Positions 31,429 to 44,444 of a DNA stretch of 64,000 nucleotides are shown one piece after another. The DNA comes from Neodothiora populina (Eukaryota). The translations under genes were made by a program, and so were the position numbers. The stretch is from contig NW_027191409.1 in the NCBI RefSeq assembly GCF_041146345.1, forward strand, positions 806,001-870,000. Reading direction: 5' to 3'. Numbering within the stretch: position 1 is the stretch's first letter; each line of letters begins with the position of its first letter. The notes beneath the pieces were generated by a model that worked only from the letters and a program-made list of their open reading frames with translations, searched no databases and was not told where the DNA came from.

Positions 31429-34400
31429 ATGACCGTGATCTCACATAATCCGCTGTCTCGCGCTCAGCTCCCTGCGCATCGTCGCAGGAGAAAATATCGC
31501 TCTTCAGACGCTTTCTGTCTGACGATACTCATATTCTGCGCTTTTGCACTCTTCAGCTATGCCGGCTTCAATTACGATCGAAGGCAGGAAGTCACGTATC
31601 GCAACGCATTGGCCAAGAGAGATGCTGGACCTTTCGCTTCTACCGATGAAGAGGTATGTATATGTGTTGAGCCGCACCATGGTGTACTACTAACAGACCA
31701 CAGTGCCGCATGGTGCGCCATTCAAAGGATCAATGTGCATATATAGCAAAACATTGCCCCGATGAGGACGCAGGCTTCTACTCGTACCTGGCTCTCTTCT
31801 ATTGTAGCCTCTCCAAGGCAAAGCCGGTGGCATTCATCATTCTTGTGTCATGGCTGGGCCTGCTCTTCAGCACCATCGGTATTGCTGCTAGCGATTTCTT
31901 CTGCATCAATCTCAGCACCATTGCTGCTATTCTCGGCATGAGCGAGAGTCTCGCAGGAGTGACTTTCCTTGCCTTCGGAAACGGAAGCCCCGACGTCTTT
32001 TCTACATTTGCCGCCTTTACCACCGACAGCAGCAGTCTAGCCATTGGAGAATTATTCGGTGCTGCTTGTTTCATTGCAGCCGTGGTGGCTGGATCCATGG
32101 GTGTCGTGCGGCCATTCAAGGTTGCGAAAAAGGCTTACATGCGAGACATTATTTTCTTCGCCATCGCTGCCATCTTCAGTCTGTTCTGCATGTGGGATGG
32201 CAAACTACACGTGTGGGAGTGCCTTGCTATGGTGGGCTATTACGTCTTGTACGTCATCACTGTCGTTGTGTGGCATTGGTGGTTCACTCGCAGGAAGAGA
32301 CGACAAGACAGAATAAGCGCAGCTAGAGGACAATATATCTTGCATGTCACCGATGAAGAGCAAGAAGAGTATCGCGACGAGCCTGATGAGGAAGGAGGAA
32401 GCCGCCCATCCCTGTCTCGCGGCCCATCCACCGAGAACTTCTCGCTCCTGGAACGAGCACAGGCTTTGGACGACTTTGAGGATGTCGAGGATGACGAAGA
32501 AAGGGACCGGATCATGGCAAATCTGCAGAGCAACATGCACCTCAACAGACCAGCACCAGGCCAACGACGTAACACACTCACTCCCATCCGACCAAGTTTG
32601 GTTGGAGCCCTGGAGTATCGCGCTCTGGTCGCGTCTTTACAGAAGTCAAGGTCCCATCAAGTCATACCAATGGATGCTCAACCATACTCTGACGACCATG
32701 CCCCTCGCTTACATGCCGACAACATCTCTACTACCTCCGATCCCGAAAGCCGACCTGCTTATTACCTATCACCCCCACGCGGCGATGAATCTCCTCTGTT
32801 TGAGCGACCGACTCCGGAGGTGCGTACCACTACCTTCGGTCGATCACGAGCAGTCTCTGCAAATGATGCGCTTGGACTCAAACATGACCCTGGTCTGATG
32901 GACAGCCATGGGCTGAAGAATCGTAATCTGCTTGATGTCACCAAGGACGACAATGGACTACTAAGGCCTCCCTCGTCTGTCCACAGCTTACCACTCGAGA
33001 GTATTGCAGAGACGCCCGACGTCGTGATATCCGAAGCTGCCTCGCCTTCAGAGCCCAGCTTTTGGCGCAAGCAAGATGGTGCTCAACCCTCTTTCAATCT
33101 GCTCGCTCCGCCTGGTGATACGGCTCCATCCACGCCCGATATCTCGCCCTCGAGATCACCTGCTTCACTGAGCCCTCGCCAGTCACCTCCTCAATTGACA
33201 AGACTCAAGATCCCCAGTGATGGCGTATCACCACCAGGATCGGCCCCTATGTCCCCGTTCCCAGCTTACACGGACATATTTCAGCACCCGGGGAGTCGGC
33301 CAGCAAGTATCTACCTGGGCCCTCCGAGTATTTCTGCCGAGTCGCATCCCTGTTTGCCATTTAGCGATGATGGGCATCAGCAGAAACGTGTGCGTTGGTG
33401 GCCCTATAACGTTCTGCCACCTCCGGAGGTGCTCTTGTATCGGTTATTCCCAACCTTCCAGCACTGGTGTGCGAAGTCTTGGTGGGAGAGAATATTAGCT
33501 GTGGTTGCCGCGCCTAGTATCTTCTTCCTCACAATCACGCTGCCAGTCGTTGATATCGAGCGCGAAGATGAGCCGATCGCGAAAACCCCAATAGAGCCGA
33601 ATCACACCTTCGAGCCGTACAGCGACGTGCCTCCGCTGGAAGTTACGAAGAGCAATCTTACCTTGGACAGCCCTGTAGTGACAGAAGAGACACCGTCGCA
33701 AGCAGAAGCACCGGGCCACGGCAGCGCTGCTGTTGCTGCAAATATTGAACGCACGTACCACGATATAAATACCGTACAAGCGGAGTCTCACTCTATCGCC
33801 GCTACGCCTATGGGACCTCAGCCTTGGAACCGATGGCTTACCATTACTCAGATGTACCTTGCGCCTCTATTTATGGTCGTGGTGATCTACACGCAATATC
33901 TTGACTTACCTTCACCCTATCGGCCTCTTATCAAGCCAATCTGTGTGTCCCTTCTGGTGTCCACCCTTCTGCTTGTAGTCTTGCTACTGACGACCACCCC
34001 GTACCATCGTCCAAAGCCATACGAGACGATACTGTCGCTTGCTGGGTTTGTCGTGGCCATCGGCTGGATTTCAACCATTGCCTCGCAAGTGGTAGCGGTG
34101 CTCAAAGCGCTCGCCGTTATTCTGAACATGTCCCACGCTGTCATGGGTCTTACCATCTTCGCGGTCGGCAATTCACTTGGAGATCTTGTCGCTGACATCA
34201 CTGTCGCGAAGCTCGGATTCCCCGTCATGGCTTTGAGTGCATGCTTTGGTGGACCGATGTTGAACATCTTACTGGGTATAGGGCTGTCTGGCTCCTATAT
34301 TCTTATCCGTGGCGCTCAGCACAGGCACAAAAAACACCCTGGCAAGAACATTGAGTACCGCAGCTACAATATCGAAGTGGGCACTACGCTTATGATCAGC

Positions 34401-34589
34401 GGGGTTACATTGGTCTTTACGTTGTTAGTGCTGGCCATTGCGGTACCATTGAACAAATGGACAATGAGTAAGAAGCTCGGATGGGGACTCATTGCGCTGT
34501 GGACCATCAGCACGCTAGGCAACGTTATCGTCGTCGAGCTCATGGGAGTCGGACAGCCGCAAGGCGAGGCATGGAATACGTATATGTAA
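31429..34589 (+). CDS. Cation/Ca2+ exchanger (CCX/NCKX-like, Ecm27-type); intron 31654-31703
   Basis: Alpha-1 repeat GVTFLAFGNGSPDVFST, alpha-2 repeat GLTIFAVGNSLGDLVAD...ACFGGPMLNILLGIG; two transmembrane clusters around a long cytosolic loop. Confidence 0.92.
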
Positions 34590-36781
34590 TTGATTGGACG
34601 AGATGAGGATGACTCACGTCAATGTATTGATGTTTTTATTTCTGTAACACCGGCACTGCAACAGCACGACACTTCCCCTCTGTTGCTGCAGTATTGGAAG
34701 CAGCATGCGTGTATATTGGAACGCATAAAGCAGGGGGCCACCTACACGTGGGATTGTCATATAACTCGCCGGTGGTTCCCGAAAAGGTCCGCGTATGAAC
34801 AGCAGAGTCATGATTGTCGTTACAGATGATGGTACCTGAAGATTCTCGCGACTATCTTGTGGGTCATGAAGAACTGGACTTGATGCCCGACTCGTCTTAT
34901 ACAGGGCTGCTGCAAATCCCATGGGGACGATGTCGTCTTGACCCATCAGGCTGATTGGAGATTTCCTGCAACCGGGTCGCTTCGCGCCCGCGCCATCTGG
35001 TCGCGCGGCGGCTCTTGGAATCACGTACATCAAGAGAATTTTAGACTAGGAACATGTTGGAGCCCAAGGGGTAGTGGGACACGCGGACTGTGTCGGGCAG
35101 CAAAGGCAAAGATAACAAGAAGAATAGATAAATTGCGTCAAGACCGGTCAAGGATCAAAGCTGTAATTCGCACAGAATACCAAGATTCAATTGCAGACAA
35201 ACAACGTTACTTCCCATTCCAGTCGTATCTTGAAATGTCGCTTTAGTGACACGGCAGAAACAGGAATATCAGATTATCTGGCCTGTACTTCACACCCGAC
35301 CCCCAATGTTGCCTCACAGACTCCCACATAGTTCGAGCACATTACGATTGCGGCGCCGGCCTCGAAGAAGGCCTTGAATACTTTAGCAGACCAGACTGTC
35401 TGGTACATGATCTAGCAGAGGGTCACATATCACTCGATCAAGCGAAGCATCTTCCCGAAGCTTGGTTGGCAGGGGAGGAATCAAAGGTGCCACAGAGAGG
35501 TTGATACAGCGACCGTCACGTACGTGTATATTTCCGTCTTCATCCAAGAACAAGGTCACAGAGCAGAGCTGGCTTTACGAACGTCTTCGAGCTTGTACTC
35601 GATACTACTATTTGTGTCATACAATCATGTTACCAGCGACACAGTCATTGGGTGCAATGGCTGCGCGCAGGGTTGCATATTATAGCACATTCGGGCAGCA
35701 ATACATGAGAACGTTCCTTCTAGCCTTGATCTTAGCGACTGACGGTCAGATGTCTAGCGTCAGTGACTCCGACTTCTTCCTCCAGAGTTGATCTCCTTTT
35801 GCAGATAGGCTCTAGGCAATTGTTCGGTTCTGGAAGCGGATAGTCCGTTGATCGATCGACCGCTGCCTGCAGCACTACAGCACTGTTGTGAGGAATAGTC
35901 GCCCCCGCAGCATTTTATAGCTGTCTCCCTTTTCCTCTCGCGTCTCTTTGCACAAAAGACTTCGATCGACGTGGTCTCCGCCCATTCGCTGGAATATTCC
36001 TTCAAGCACTGAAGGCCCGTCGCGACAAATCGACTGGCAATCCGCAGTTGTTGTTTGCACGCCCTTGCATCATCCCACAGCGTATCTTATACATCCACCG
36101 CGTTGCTATCGGCAAACGACAGGGCAACAATTCTATTGCCTCTTACGCTGATGACATATTAGCGGGGTACCGTTATCGTCCCCCGTAATTTTTTATCTTG
36201 ATATCCTCCTTAGGACTTGCTTGTTGTCGGAAGAGCAGCGAGCACGATCACGGCCAGGGTTCGTCATCTAGACTAATCAGGGGGTCGTCTTCTTCTACCC
36301 AGTCGTCGCTCTAGTAAGCATAAGTAAGCGAAAACAAACGGCCAAGCGATTGCTGTAGCGCTTCAATCCGGCAATCCCTCTTGCAGTCGGTGTTCATTGC
36401 ACAACATCAACCAATTACGGTCATCCCCCTGGACCTAAGTTCTGTCGTTGTCTTTTCGCCGTCTACGTCGTCTACGTCGTCAGCTTTCTCTATTCCATCA
36501 TCGATCCTCCACATCCACCCACACCCCTTGAGAATTCGCGACACTGTTTACAAGGAAAACCATCAACAACAACCCCACGACGTTCACAGTCTGAAGCGCA
36601 AGCTTAACGGCGATAAGGTTCACAGCTTATCCTAGTTGCAAAACAAACGGATTTAGCTGCTTGTGTTTACTTCGTTGCCGCACCGCTTCTCTGCGCACCC
36701 TTCTGAGCAGCGAACTTTTCCGCGCTGCTCCTGGGTCGTGCATTTGCGACCAAGACGTATCAGTCTTTAGCATTCTGATTT

Positions 36782-39426
36782 ATGTCGTAAGTCCTGCTTC
36801 TCTATTTTCTCTCTTATTTATCCAGCCGAAAGGGTTAAACCCCTCACTCCCACATGTTTACTCAGTCGAGTCTGTGTGGCACACTGCATTAGTTCTAGAT
36901 GCGACAAAGGATCTGACTGATTCAATGATCCGTAGGACAAGACGGTCTGCAAGTCATTCGACAGGCTCCGCTCGCGCTGCTTTCATTGAGGACGAAGACG
37001 ACGATCTATCCTACGACGACACTCAATCACCTACGTCCACCAGCAGCAGTGGGAGCCTGTCGGTTGAAGATTGGCAAGTTGTTGATGATATCCGGCCTTC
37101 GGACTCAGTAACTGCCCGTTACCAAAGATCTTCCAACGGTAGTATTTCGAGCAGGCCCCTTGGTAGACCTCTGCAAAAACGAGAGACTCGTCCGACCTCA
37201 TCGCGTCGCAAGTCATCTCACAGACTGTCAACCATCCGGGACGACGACCATCAGCACCACTCCTCACGGTCAGCCTCGGGCAGTGAGCATTCGGGGAGAC
37301 GAAGTCGTCGACACACCGACACTAGAGACGAGAGGTCATACCGCTTTGCGCGAGATCCTCGCGAACGACTGCCCTCAAGTGGCAGTGGATCTTCCAGCGT
37401 GGAGTCGTACGACTCTTACCAGGGTGGAGGCGGTCCTTACGATTATCAACTCCACCCAGCTGCACCTCATCCTGCCTCGCCATTTCACCCTCATCATGTC
37501 CCACCGCCGTCCAATTATCCTCCAACTGTTTTGTCTGGCTATGATCCTCATGTACGCCCCATGCACCCACCCTATGACGCTGCTCTCGTCCCAATGATGC
37601 GACATGAATCTATGAGCCAATATGGCGGCGGCGCGTATCCTCCTCAGTCTTCCAACCCCTTTGCTCCTGGGCCATCGATGAACAACCCATTCTCCCCCGT
37701 GACGGCGACTGCTTCAGCTGCAGGAGAATACTTTCCCCCTTATGACAGGCCATCTCCCCCCTCGGCTCACTCTCAACACGCTCCACCGATGCAATTCCCA
37801 CCTCCCCATTTGGCTCGACCTCGTCCGCAATCACGACCCCAAAGTTATGCTGGACCGGCATATCCTGGCATGGAGCAAGCAGTCGCCCCGTATTATCAGC
37901 CTCCTGCGCAATATCATGGCTATCCACAAGGCGCAGATCCACAGCTTATCGCTCAATACCTGCACGAGCTACAGTTGCGGGAGAAGTCTCAAGCCAGCAC
38001 TCCCGAGCCTCGTAGCGCCAAGTCAAAATCACCCGCAAATCCAACACCGGCCCCGCCTCCTGCTCCTGAGCCACCCAAGGAAGATCAAGCCGAGCGCCTG
38101 ATCGCGCTTATGGCCGAGTACGAGAACAAAAAGCAAGCCGCCATCGACGCAAAGTTGAAAGAGGAAGCCGAAGCAGCGGCTGCCGAGCAGAAGAAAAAGG
38201 ATGCCATAGAAGCCGAGTCAGCAAAAATTGCGGCACTGCTGCAGAAGTTCCAGGATGATGCGGCAAAGGCGAGAAAGGAAGAATTGGACAAGATTGAAGC
38301 TGAAAGGAAAGTCGCAGAGGAAAAGGCGGCAAGAGATGCTGAATTAGCAGCGGCGGCATCTGCAGCGAGAGAAGCTGCTGAGAAGGAGGCCGCTGCGAAG
38401 GCCAAAGCCGCCGAAGAGGAGGCTACTGCGAAAGCGAAGGCTGCCGAGGAAAAGGCTAAGGCTGCCGAAGAAGAAGCTATAGCAAAAGCGAAAGCAGCTG
38501 AGGAAGAACATGCGAAGAAGTTGGCAGAGCTCAAGGCTGCCGAAGAAGCAGCAACTGCAAAAGCGAAGGCGGCAGAGGAGAGTCTGGCAAAGATCGCGCC
38601 AGCGCCCGACGATGCGCAACCCAATGTGACCTTCTTCGATGCTTTGGGCCGCAAATTCGAGGTCCCCTGGCGCTTTGCCAAAACTTGGAAGGGAATGAAG
38701 ACGCTCATTGAACAGATGTTCGCCCATGTCGATGGGATTGGACAGAACGTCATGGACGGTCGCTACGACATCCTCGGTCCCGAGGGCAACATCTTGTTGC
38801 CGGCGGTCTGGGAATTGGTCATCGAGGCCGGGTGGACCATCAGGATGGAGCTCTGGCCTGAGCCTGAACCAGATCCCGTGTTACCAGGCGCCTTCCCACC
38901 AGAAATGATGATAGATGTTGGAAAGAAGCCCAAGTCGTCCAAGAAGGACCCGAGCCGAACGAAGAGTGTTTCACGACAACACGGGGCAGTCCCACCGCCG
39001 CCTCCAATCGTTATTGGGGGTGATGGGGATCCAATAGTGCAAGTCGAAAAAGAGAAAAAGCCCAAGAAAAAACCGCCTCAGCAGAGTGGTGGCTTCTTGA
39101 AGGCATGGATAGCCCAAAGTGCTGGTGCGCCGAGAGCCCGAGCGTCTTCGGGAAAAGACGGTGAAAAACCTGGGATTAACAATGGTATGGCTATGGTGCC
39201 TAGTCATCATCGCCAGATTAGTGGTACTAATGGTGGTGTGTCTGCTGGTACACGCAGAATGAGCCACAGCGGCGGAGCAAAGCCTGCCAACATCAGCATG
39301 ATCGTAAGAAGAAAAAGCGAGCACACTGATGAGGACCACTTTGTCGTTGTGGAACGTCACAACGTGAAGTCTGTCGCTCAAGGCAAATCTGCGGAGAATC
39401 CTCCAGTCGCTTGCGCAGTCATGTAA
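36782..39426 (+). CDS. Conserved fungal protein: Pro/Ser-rich N-terminus, Ala/Glu/Lys coiled coil, ubiquitin-like domain (often labelled 'kinetoplast-associated protein-like'); intron 36787-36935
   Basis: ATG TC|GTAAGT...ctgac...CGTAG|G restores MSTRRSASH. Domain VTFFDALGRKFEVPW..AKTWKGMKTLIEQMF.HV....V..GRYDI.GP.G..LLP.VWE.VIE.GW.I.M.LWP. Confidence 0.8.
38389..38580 (+). repeat. Coding tandem repeat (A)KAKAAEE(E), about 6 imperfect copies
   Basis: AAAKAKAAEEEATAKAKAAEEKAKAAEEEAIAKAKAAEEE...LKAAEEAATAKAKAAEE in translation. Confidence 0.85.
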
Positions 39427-41291
39427 AGAAAGACATCCGATCTGCTACTCTTCGAAGGCAGAAGAGTGCAGGCGTGTTCTGCTGTCGAGGAGAACGGAGT
39501 TTCTTGCCTCACGCAAGTTACTCGCTGCTTGACAGACTCCACGCGCACTCCTCGAAGTTACCGCAGACGCCATCCGAATATACCACTACTCAATTGCCCA
39601 GACGAGCGTCATGAAGTTTTGCTCCCGCGAATGAATCGCGGGTTTTATCATGCCTCAAACGAAACAATCGGAAGAAAAAAGAAAGAGGAAATCACGAGGG
39701 AAGACATGCCAATAAACACCCCCCCCCCCTCAAAACCTCAAAACAATCAATGATTCATGTTTGCTATATTTTCACTTCTTTGGAGTTTTTCTCTCCTCTG
39801 CGGAGGCTTTTTATTGCCGTCCTCGACATTTTCCCCCCTGTTTGTCACTGACTGTCAAAATTAAAGGTGGAAAAAGAGGGTTAGAAAGTCTTCCTTTTTT
39901 TATTTGTCCTTTTCTGATCATGTCTCTGCACTTTAACCTCTCTGCTGCTTGTTCTTGCGTTGCGATTTTGTTGCGATTTTGCTGCTTACTGTCGTTTTCC
40001 TTTCTCTAGCGGTGGCGAAGGAAAGGAGAAAGGGAGTTTTCTTCTTTTTCCTTTTCTTGAGATGAATAATGACTGATGTGATGTGATTGGACTGATTGAT
40101 TGATGGATGCGAAATATTTATAGCTTAGAAGATGGAGCGAAGGAGGGAAGAGAAGCAAGGAGGACTTGCGATGACGAGTCGAGATGGGACGGAATGATGA
40201 TGATTTTGCGAATCTATTTGATTGTTTTATACCTCGAGCTCTTTACCTGCGTCATGTGTATTGTCTTGATTTGTCTTTCCTCTTTCATCGCGTGTGGTTT
40301 TTATTCAATGAATGCAAGAATGATGAATGGATCGATACAGCTATTGGCTTTTCTCCTCTCCTCGGTTCTGTCTCTCCTCTCTATGGTAGTCTTTGTGATA
40401 TAGCATAGTTAGGTGATATATTTAGATCCATGAAATGTTGCGTGTCGTGTGTCTACACTCTACTTCACCTCTGCACCATTCGTAGTGCACTTATGGTATG
40501 TTGCGAAGCCGTATACACCACTGGCTTGCGAAGACTTTCAGCTATGTGTCTCCTTTGTTTGCTTATTTCCGAGGTCATAAGCGGGCTGATAGGGAGCCAA
40601 TTCGATTGAGTATATTCATGAGAAGAGAAGAGAAGAGAAGAGAAGAGAAAAAGGTAAAAAGGACACAATCTAACGAGATCACATGAGGCACTTTATTTTT
40701 TGGGTTTTGGGTTTTTGATTGCAATGCTCGATTTATAGAGCCTAGTTGTCCTATCTGCAGATGAGGAAAAGAAGAGAAGGAGAGAAAGAGAGAAGCAGCA
40801 GCAGCAGCAGCAGAGACTATGGGATCCTAGGAACGTAATTCTTCGTAGCTGCTGTCTCCCTCTCTAGTAAGGTTTCAACAGTGGAGATCCAAGTGGTCGT
40901 AACGATGACTTTTTTGAGAACAGAAAGCAGTCGCAGAACTGAACAGAATAAAAAGTGTCGTGACTTTTTGTCCCCTTTTTCTTTAGCCTTGGTTCCTGTT
41001 GTTCGGAAAAGCAGAGTGGAGAGTAAAACACCAGAGTGGAGAATGATGAGAAACAAGACCGCACGAGAGAAGAAACAAAGAACATTCATAATCGAGAAAA
41101 GCAGAAACAGAGTAGAGAATCAGAGAACAATCATTAGTCGGTCGTGCAGAGCACAGAATTAAGATGTTTGAGACACCTTTTGTGGCTCCCCCTGCTAGCC
41201 ACACACCAGTCTTCGCTCCTCTTTTGCTCTTCTTGGGCCAGAGAATGGGCCAGAGAGAGAACGACAAGCAAGGCGTGGCAGATTTGCGAAT

Positions 41292-43352
41292 CTACCTGTA
41301 AAGTGCCCAGTCGGGTGGTGATTTTTGTTCCTTACGCTTCATTGCTTTGATTTCTCCCGCCAACTCGTCGAAGCGACCCTGCCACTTGGGATCGAGATAA
41401 GAAGAACGAGGAGGAGGTGAGACATGCCATCCAGTGGTGGCATCGTTGATTTTCAGTACTTGTCGGCCGACGACTTGTTTGGTGCCCTTCTGTGGCTTGT
41501 TCTTGCTATTGATGACTATGCTTTTGTTCTTCAATGCGCCATCTGCGGTACGTTTGGTCACTCCAGACTCGGCGATGTGAATTTTCTTATTCTCCTTTTC
41601 CAAGCCATGTGGGGACACAAATCCAGTCTTGTCTTCTGAGTCAACTTTAGTAGGCTTATGCGGCAAAGAAGTCACCACTGCAGGATCCCTGACAAGGTAG
41701 CAATGCGCTGGCTGCCCGGCCATCAGCTCACTGCGTGGAGGTAACATGATAGTTGGCTTCGCAGTACTAGTGCTAGTTTCAGCATGTAGATGTCCCGGAG
41801 TGGACGCGTCGGTAACGTCGACCGGCTGAGCCAGAAATGCAGCTTGAAGCTCTTGCAGAGGTTGAACGGCGGACAAGGAGCTTGTGTTCCCATTGATTGG
41901 TGTGTTGTCTACCATAAAAGTACGCAAGAGATCAACGTTCGATTCTTTCTTCGGTTCTTCGATGCTCTTAGCTGCCAGGCCGCTTGTTGATTCGGCTGCA
42001 GCAGCAGCCCTCGCGGCCTCTCGTCTGCGTTTCGACTTTTGTTTGCGCTTCTGTTTGGAAAAATGCGATCTAGGAGTTGTACGATGGGAAATATTCCAAT
42101 GTAACAGTGGTATAGTCCTGGTTACAGGAGGACGGTACGGGGTCGGATAATCTTGTACTATCCCGGCAGGGGGTGCAATACGGATCGACGCGGCTCTGAG
42201 ACTGTTGCCAACTGGGTCTTTGGCCCATACATACCACTCCTTGTATGCCGTCATGAGCTCGGCAAAGACTTTGTCTAGGTCGACTTCCACTTCTTTGCGA
42301 ATCAGATTGTGCATTGTCTTGGTGAGTGTGCTCTGTATCTTGTCGGCATGCGTCTTGTGATTGTGGTAGACAGCGGTCTGCTGTTGATTGCTGGGATTAT
42401 AGATGCCATACACTTCAAAATGCGAACTGTATAGCCTTTCTGCAAGAGGAGCATCCTGGGCCAGTTTGGATTGCTGACTGCTGGTCCTCACACAGACATC
42501 TCGCAGATGTTTCAGTCGGCGCAAGGGCAGTGGTACGAGAAGAGGCCCGGCAACAGCATCCCAGTCATTCTTGCGTGTGCTACCCATAGTGCCAAAAGCA
42601 CGACCCAGGAAGCCATAGACAATGGGAAAGTGCATGTGCAAATTCAGAGTCATCAAATTCGGCATGCATTCAACAAGAGCTTCCAAAGTTGAAGTCCAGC
42701 GAGAGAGATGTTTCTGCTCCCACCTGCTATCTGCTGTGGGCCAGGGAATGCCATAGGCTTGGAAGAAGAGGCTGACCTTGATTACGCAGCGAAGGTGTCG
42801 TGGCTTGCTCGTCGCCAGGAACGCAGAAAGTCGACCAGCATCCTCGAAGAAGAAATCGGTGCTGCTGTACAAGAAGTCTGCAGCTTCGTCGCTAATGGAT
42901 TTGCAGCTGAGCAGAAGATTTGTGCATGAGCTCGTCCACAGCACATTGCTGCGAGATAGTGGTGTCGATCCCGGCTTTCGAAAGTAATCACGCGTTCTGT
43001 TTGATTCAAGAACACGCGGCGAGGCTTTGATGGACAAGCATCGTATAGCCTTACTCTTAGTTGACGCATTCAGTAAATTCTGTTTGAGGGGATGAGAATC
43101 GGATGGTTCGTATTCAGGTCTAATCTTCACGGTGCGCTCTCCGGCGTAGAACTCCTCGTAGATGCGGTTGCGAAGCTCGCCCGGCAGATCGAGGAAGGAA
43201 CAACGAGATGGTCGCGCTTTATTGTGTGAAGAGTTATTCTCATCACTGAGAACTTGAGATGGAAGCTTCGTCGGTGTTTTATCATTCTCGTTCGGCGTAG
43301 CCATATAGTGCTGCAGAAGAAGTTGGGCACTACACGGTTTAGACATCGCCAT
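41292..43352 (-). CDS. Hypothetical protein with F-box-like FLDLPGELRNRIY N-terminal motif (DUF7730/2EXR-like); start may be 43304
   Basis: 686-codon ORF; SFLDLPGELRNRIYEEF...LLLSCKSISDEAADFLYSSTDFFF pattern of a widespread fungal uncharacterised family. Confidence 0.7.
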   Translation of the reverse strand: MAMSKPCSAQLLLQHYMATPNENDKTPTKLPSQVLSDENNSSHNKARPSRCSFLDLPGELRNRIYEEFYAGERTVKIRPEYEPSDSHPLKQNLLNASTKSKAIRCLSIKASPRVLESNRTRDYFRKPGSTPLSRSNVLWTSSCTNLLLSCKSISDEAADFLYSSTDFFFEDAGRLSAFLATSKPRHLRCVIKVSLFFQAYGIPWPTADSRWEQKHLSRWTSTLEALVECMPNLMTLNLHMHFPIVYGFLGRAFGTMGSTRKNDWDAVAGPLLVPLPLRRLKHLRDVCVRTSSQQSKLAQDAPLAERLYSSHFEVYGIYNPSNQQQTAVYHNHKTHADKIQSTLTKTMHNLIRKEVEVDLDKVFAELMTAYKEWYVWAKDPVGNSLRAASIRIAPPAGIVQDYPTPYRPPVTRTIPLLHWNISHRTTPRSHFSKQKRKQKSKRRREAARAAAAAESTSGLAAKSIEEPKKESNVDLLRTFMVDNTPINGNTSSLSAVQPLQELQAAFLAQPVDVTDASTPGHLHAETSTSTAKPTIMLPPRSELMAGQPAHCYLVRDPAVVTSLPHKPTKVDSEDKTGFVSPHGLEKENKKIHIAESGVTKRTADGALKNKSIVINSKNKPQKGTKQVVGRQVLKINDATTGWHVSPPPRSSYLDPKWQGRFDELAGEIKAMKRKEQKSPPDWALYR

Positions 43353-44444
43353 GACTCAGTTTTGTTGAAGTGCAGCGCTGGAAAGAACGCATTTACTTGT
43401 CTTGATACAGGAAGAGGAAGAGAGAAGATTAGTGGAAGGAGCAAGATCAATAAAGTAGAAGGGGTAAAATGAGGTGGTTGGTTAAGGTACATTGAGCTGT
43501 AACAACAACAGGAAGGAGCTCGATCAAACATTCAATAAGCACCTACCGTACTTACTGAAAACACGTTATATCTTATATGCTCCCCATAGCAGCGATGACT
43601 TACCTTACCTTACATGTTGTTATATTCTTATGCTCTTGTCATTCATTCTGTGCAACTTACTCTTAGGGGACACGCGTAGTCACTGAGAAATAGCTTCAAC
43701 TTCAGTAGTGTAACAACGACGACTAAGTCTAATGACAGCATTGAACAACAGCTCTCCTCCAACACGATTAGAAATTACCCAGATGAACATCGAAGCCATA
43801 CTGATTTTCAGCGCTCTGATCAAGCAGAAAAGAACGCCCTTCTCAGTCCGCGACATAACGACGCATTCTGTGCCAGCGTAAGGTAAGGTATATGATAGAA
43901 CCTCACCATCGCTGCTCTGTGACGAGCGCATGCTACGAGAACTCCCGCCTAGTGATCTTCAGCACATCAGGAAACCGATAATAGAAACATCGATTACAAG
44001 AAAAAGGGTCGAGCGATGTTGCCATGACCTTCGGGGTGGGATGATCATGGCAAAAACTTGCTCGGATAGTGTGTGTGTGTGTCGTACGGATGTTGTTGTT
44101 TTCCCCAGCTTTCAAGAGTTGGCTTGTGACCAAGGCCCAATGCCCAAGGCGCAATCCTGCTCACCGAACATTCATGAGACGTATCTGGTATAGCGGCTGG
44201 CCACTATCGCAATACAAGTATGTTGGTTCGGCGAGCCTCGTTGGCGCGTCATGCAGAATGACGCTACGCCTGTTAGCAACGGCGCCGCTGGTCGATGCTC
44301 TATTACAGCGCATTTGTTTAGGTATAGACTAAGACAGGAATCAAACGAAGATCTTCTAAGGTCTAATTATCTATCTTTCTGCTTTCGTCTCTTCCTGTCA
44401 AGTTTTTTCCTTGCTGCTGATTCACCAGCTCATGGACATTCATC

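Noticed and set aside
39430..41290. Small ORFs and TGATGA motifs between convergent genes
   Set aside because: Low-complexity, microsatellite-rich 3' UTR or terminator sequence; no coding or snoRNA structure supported.
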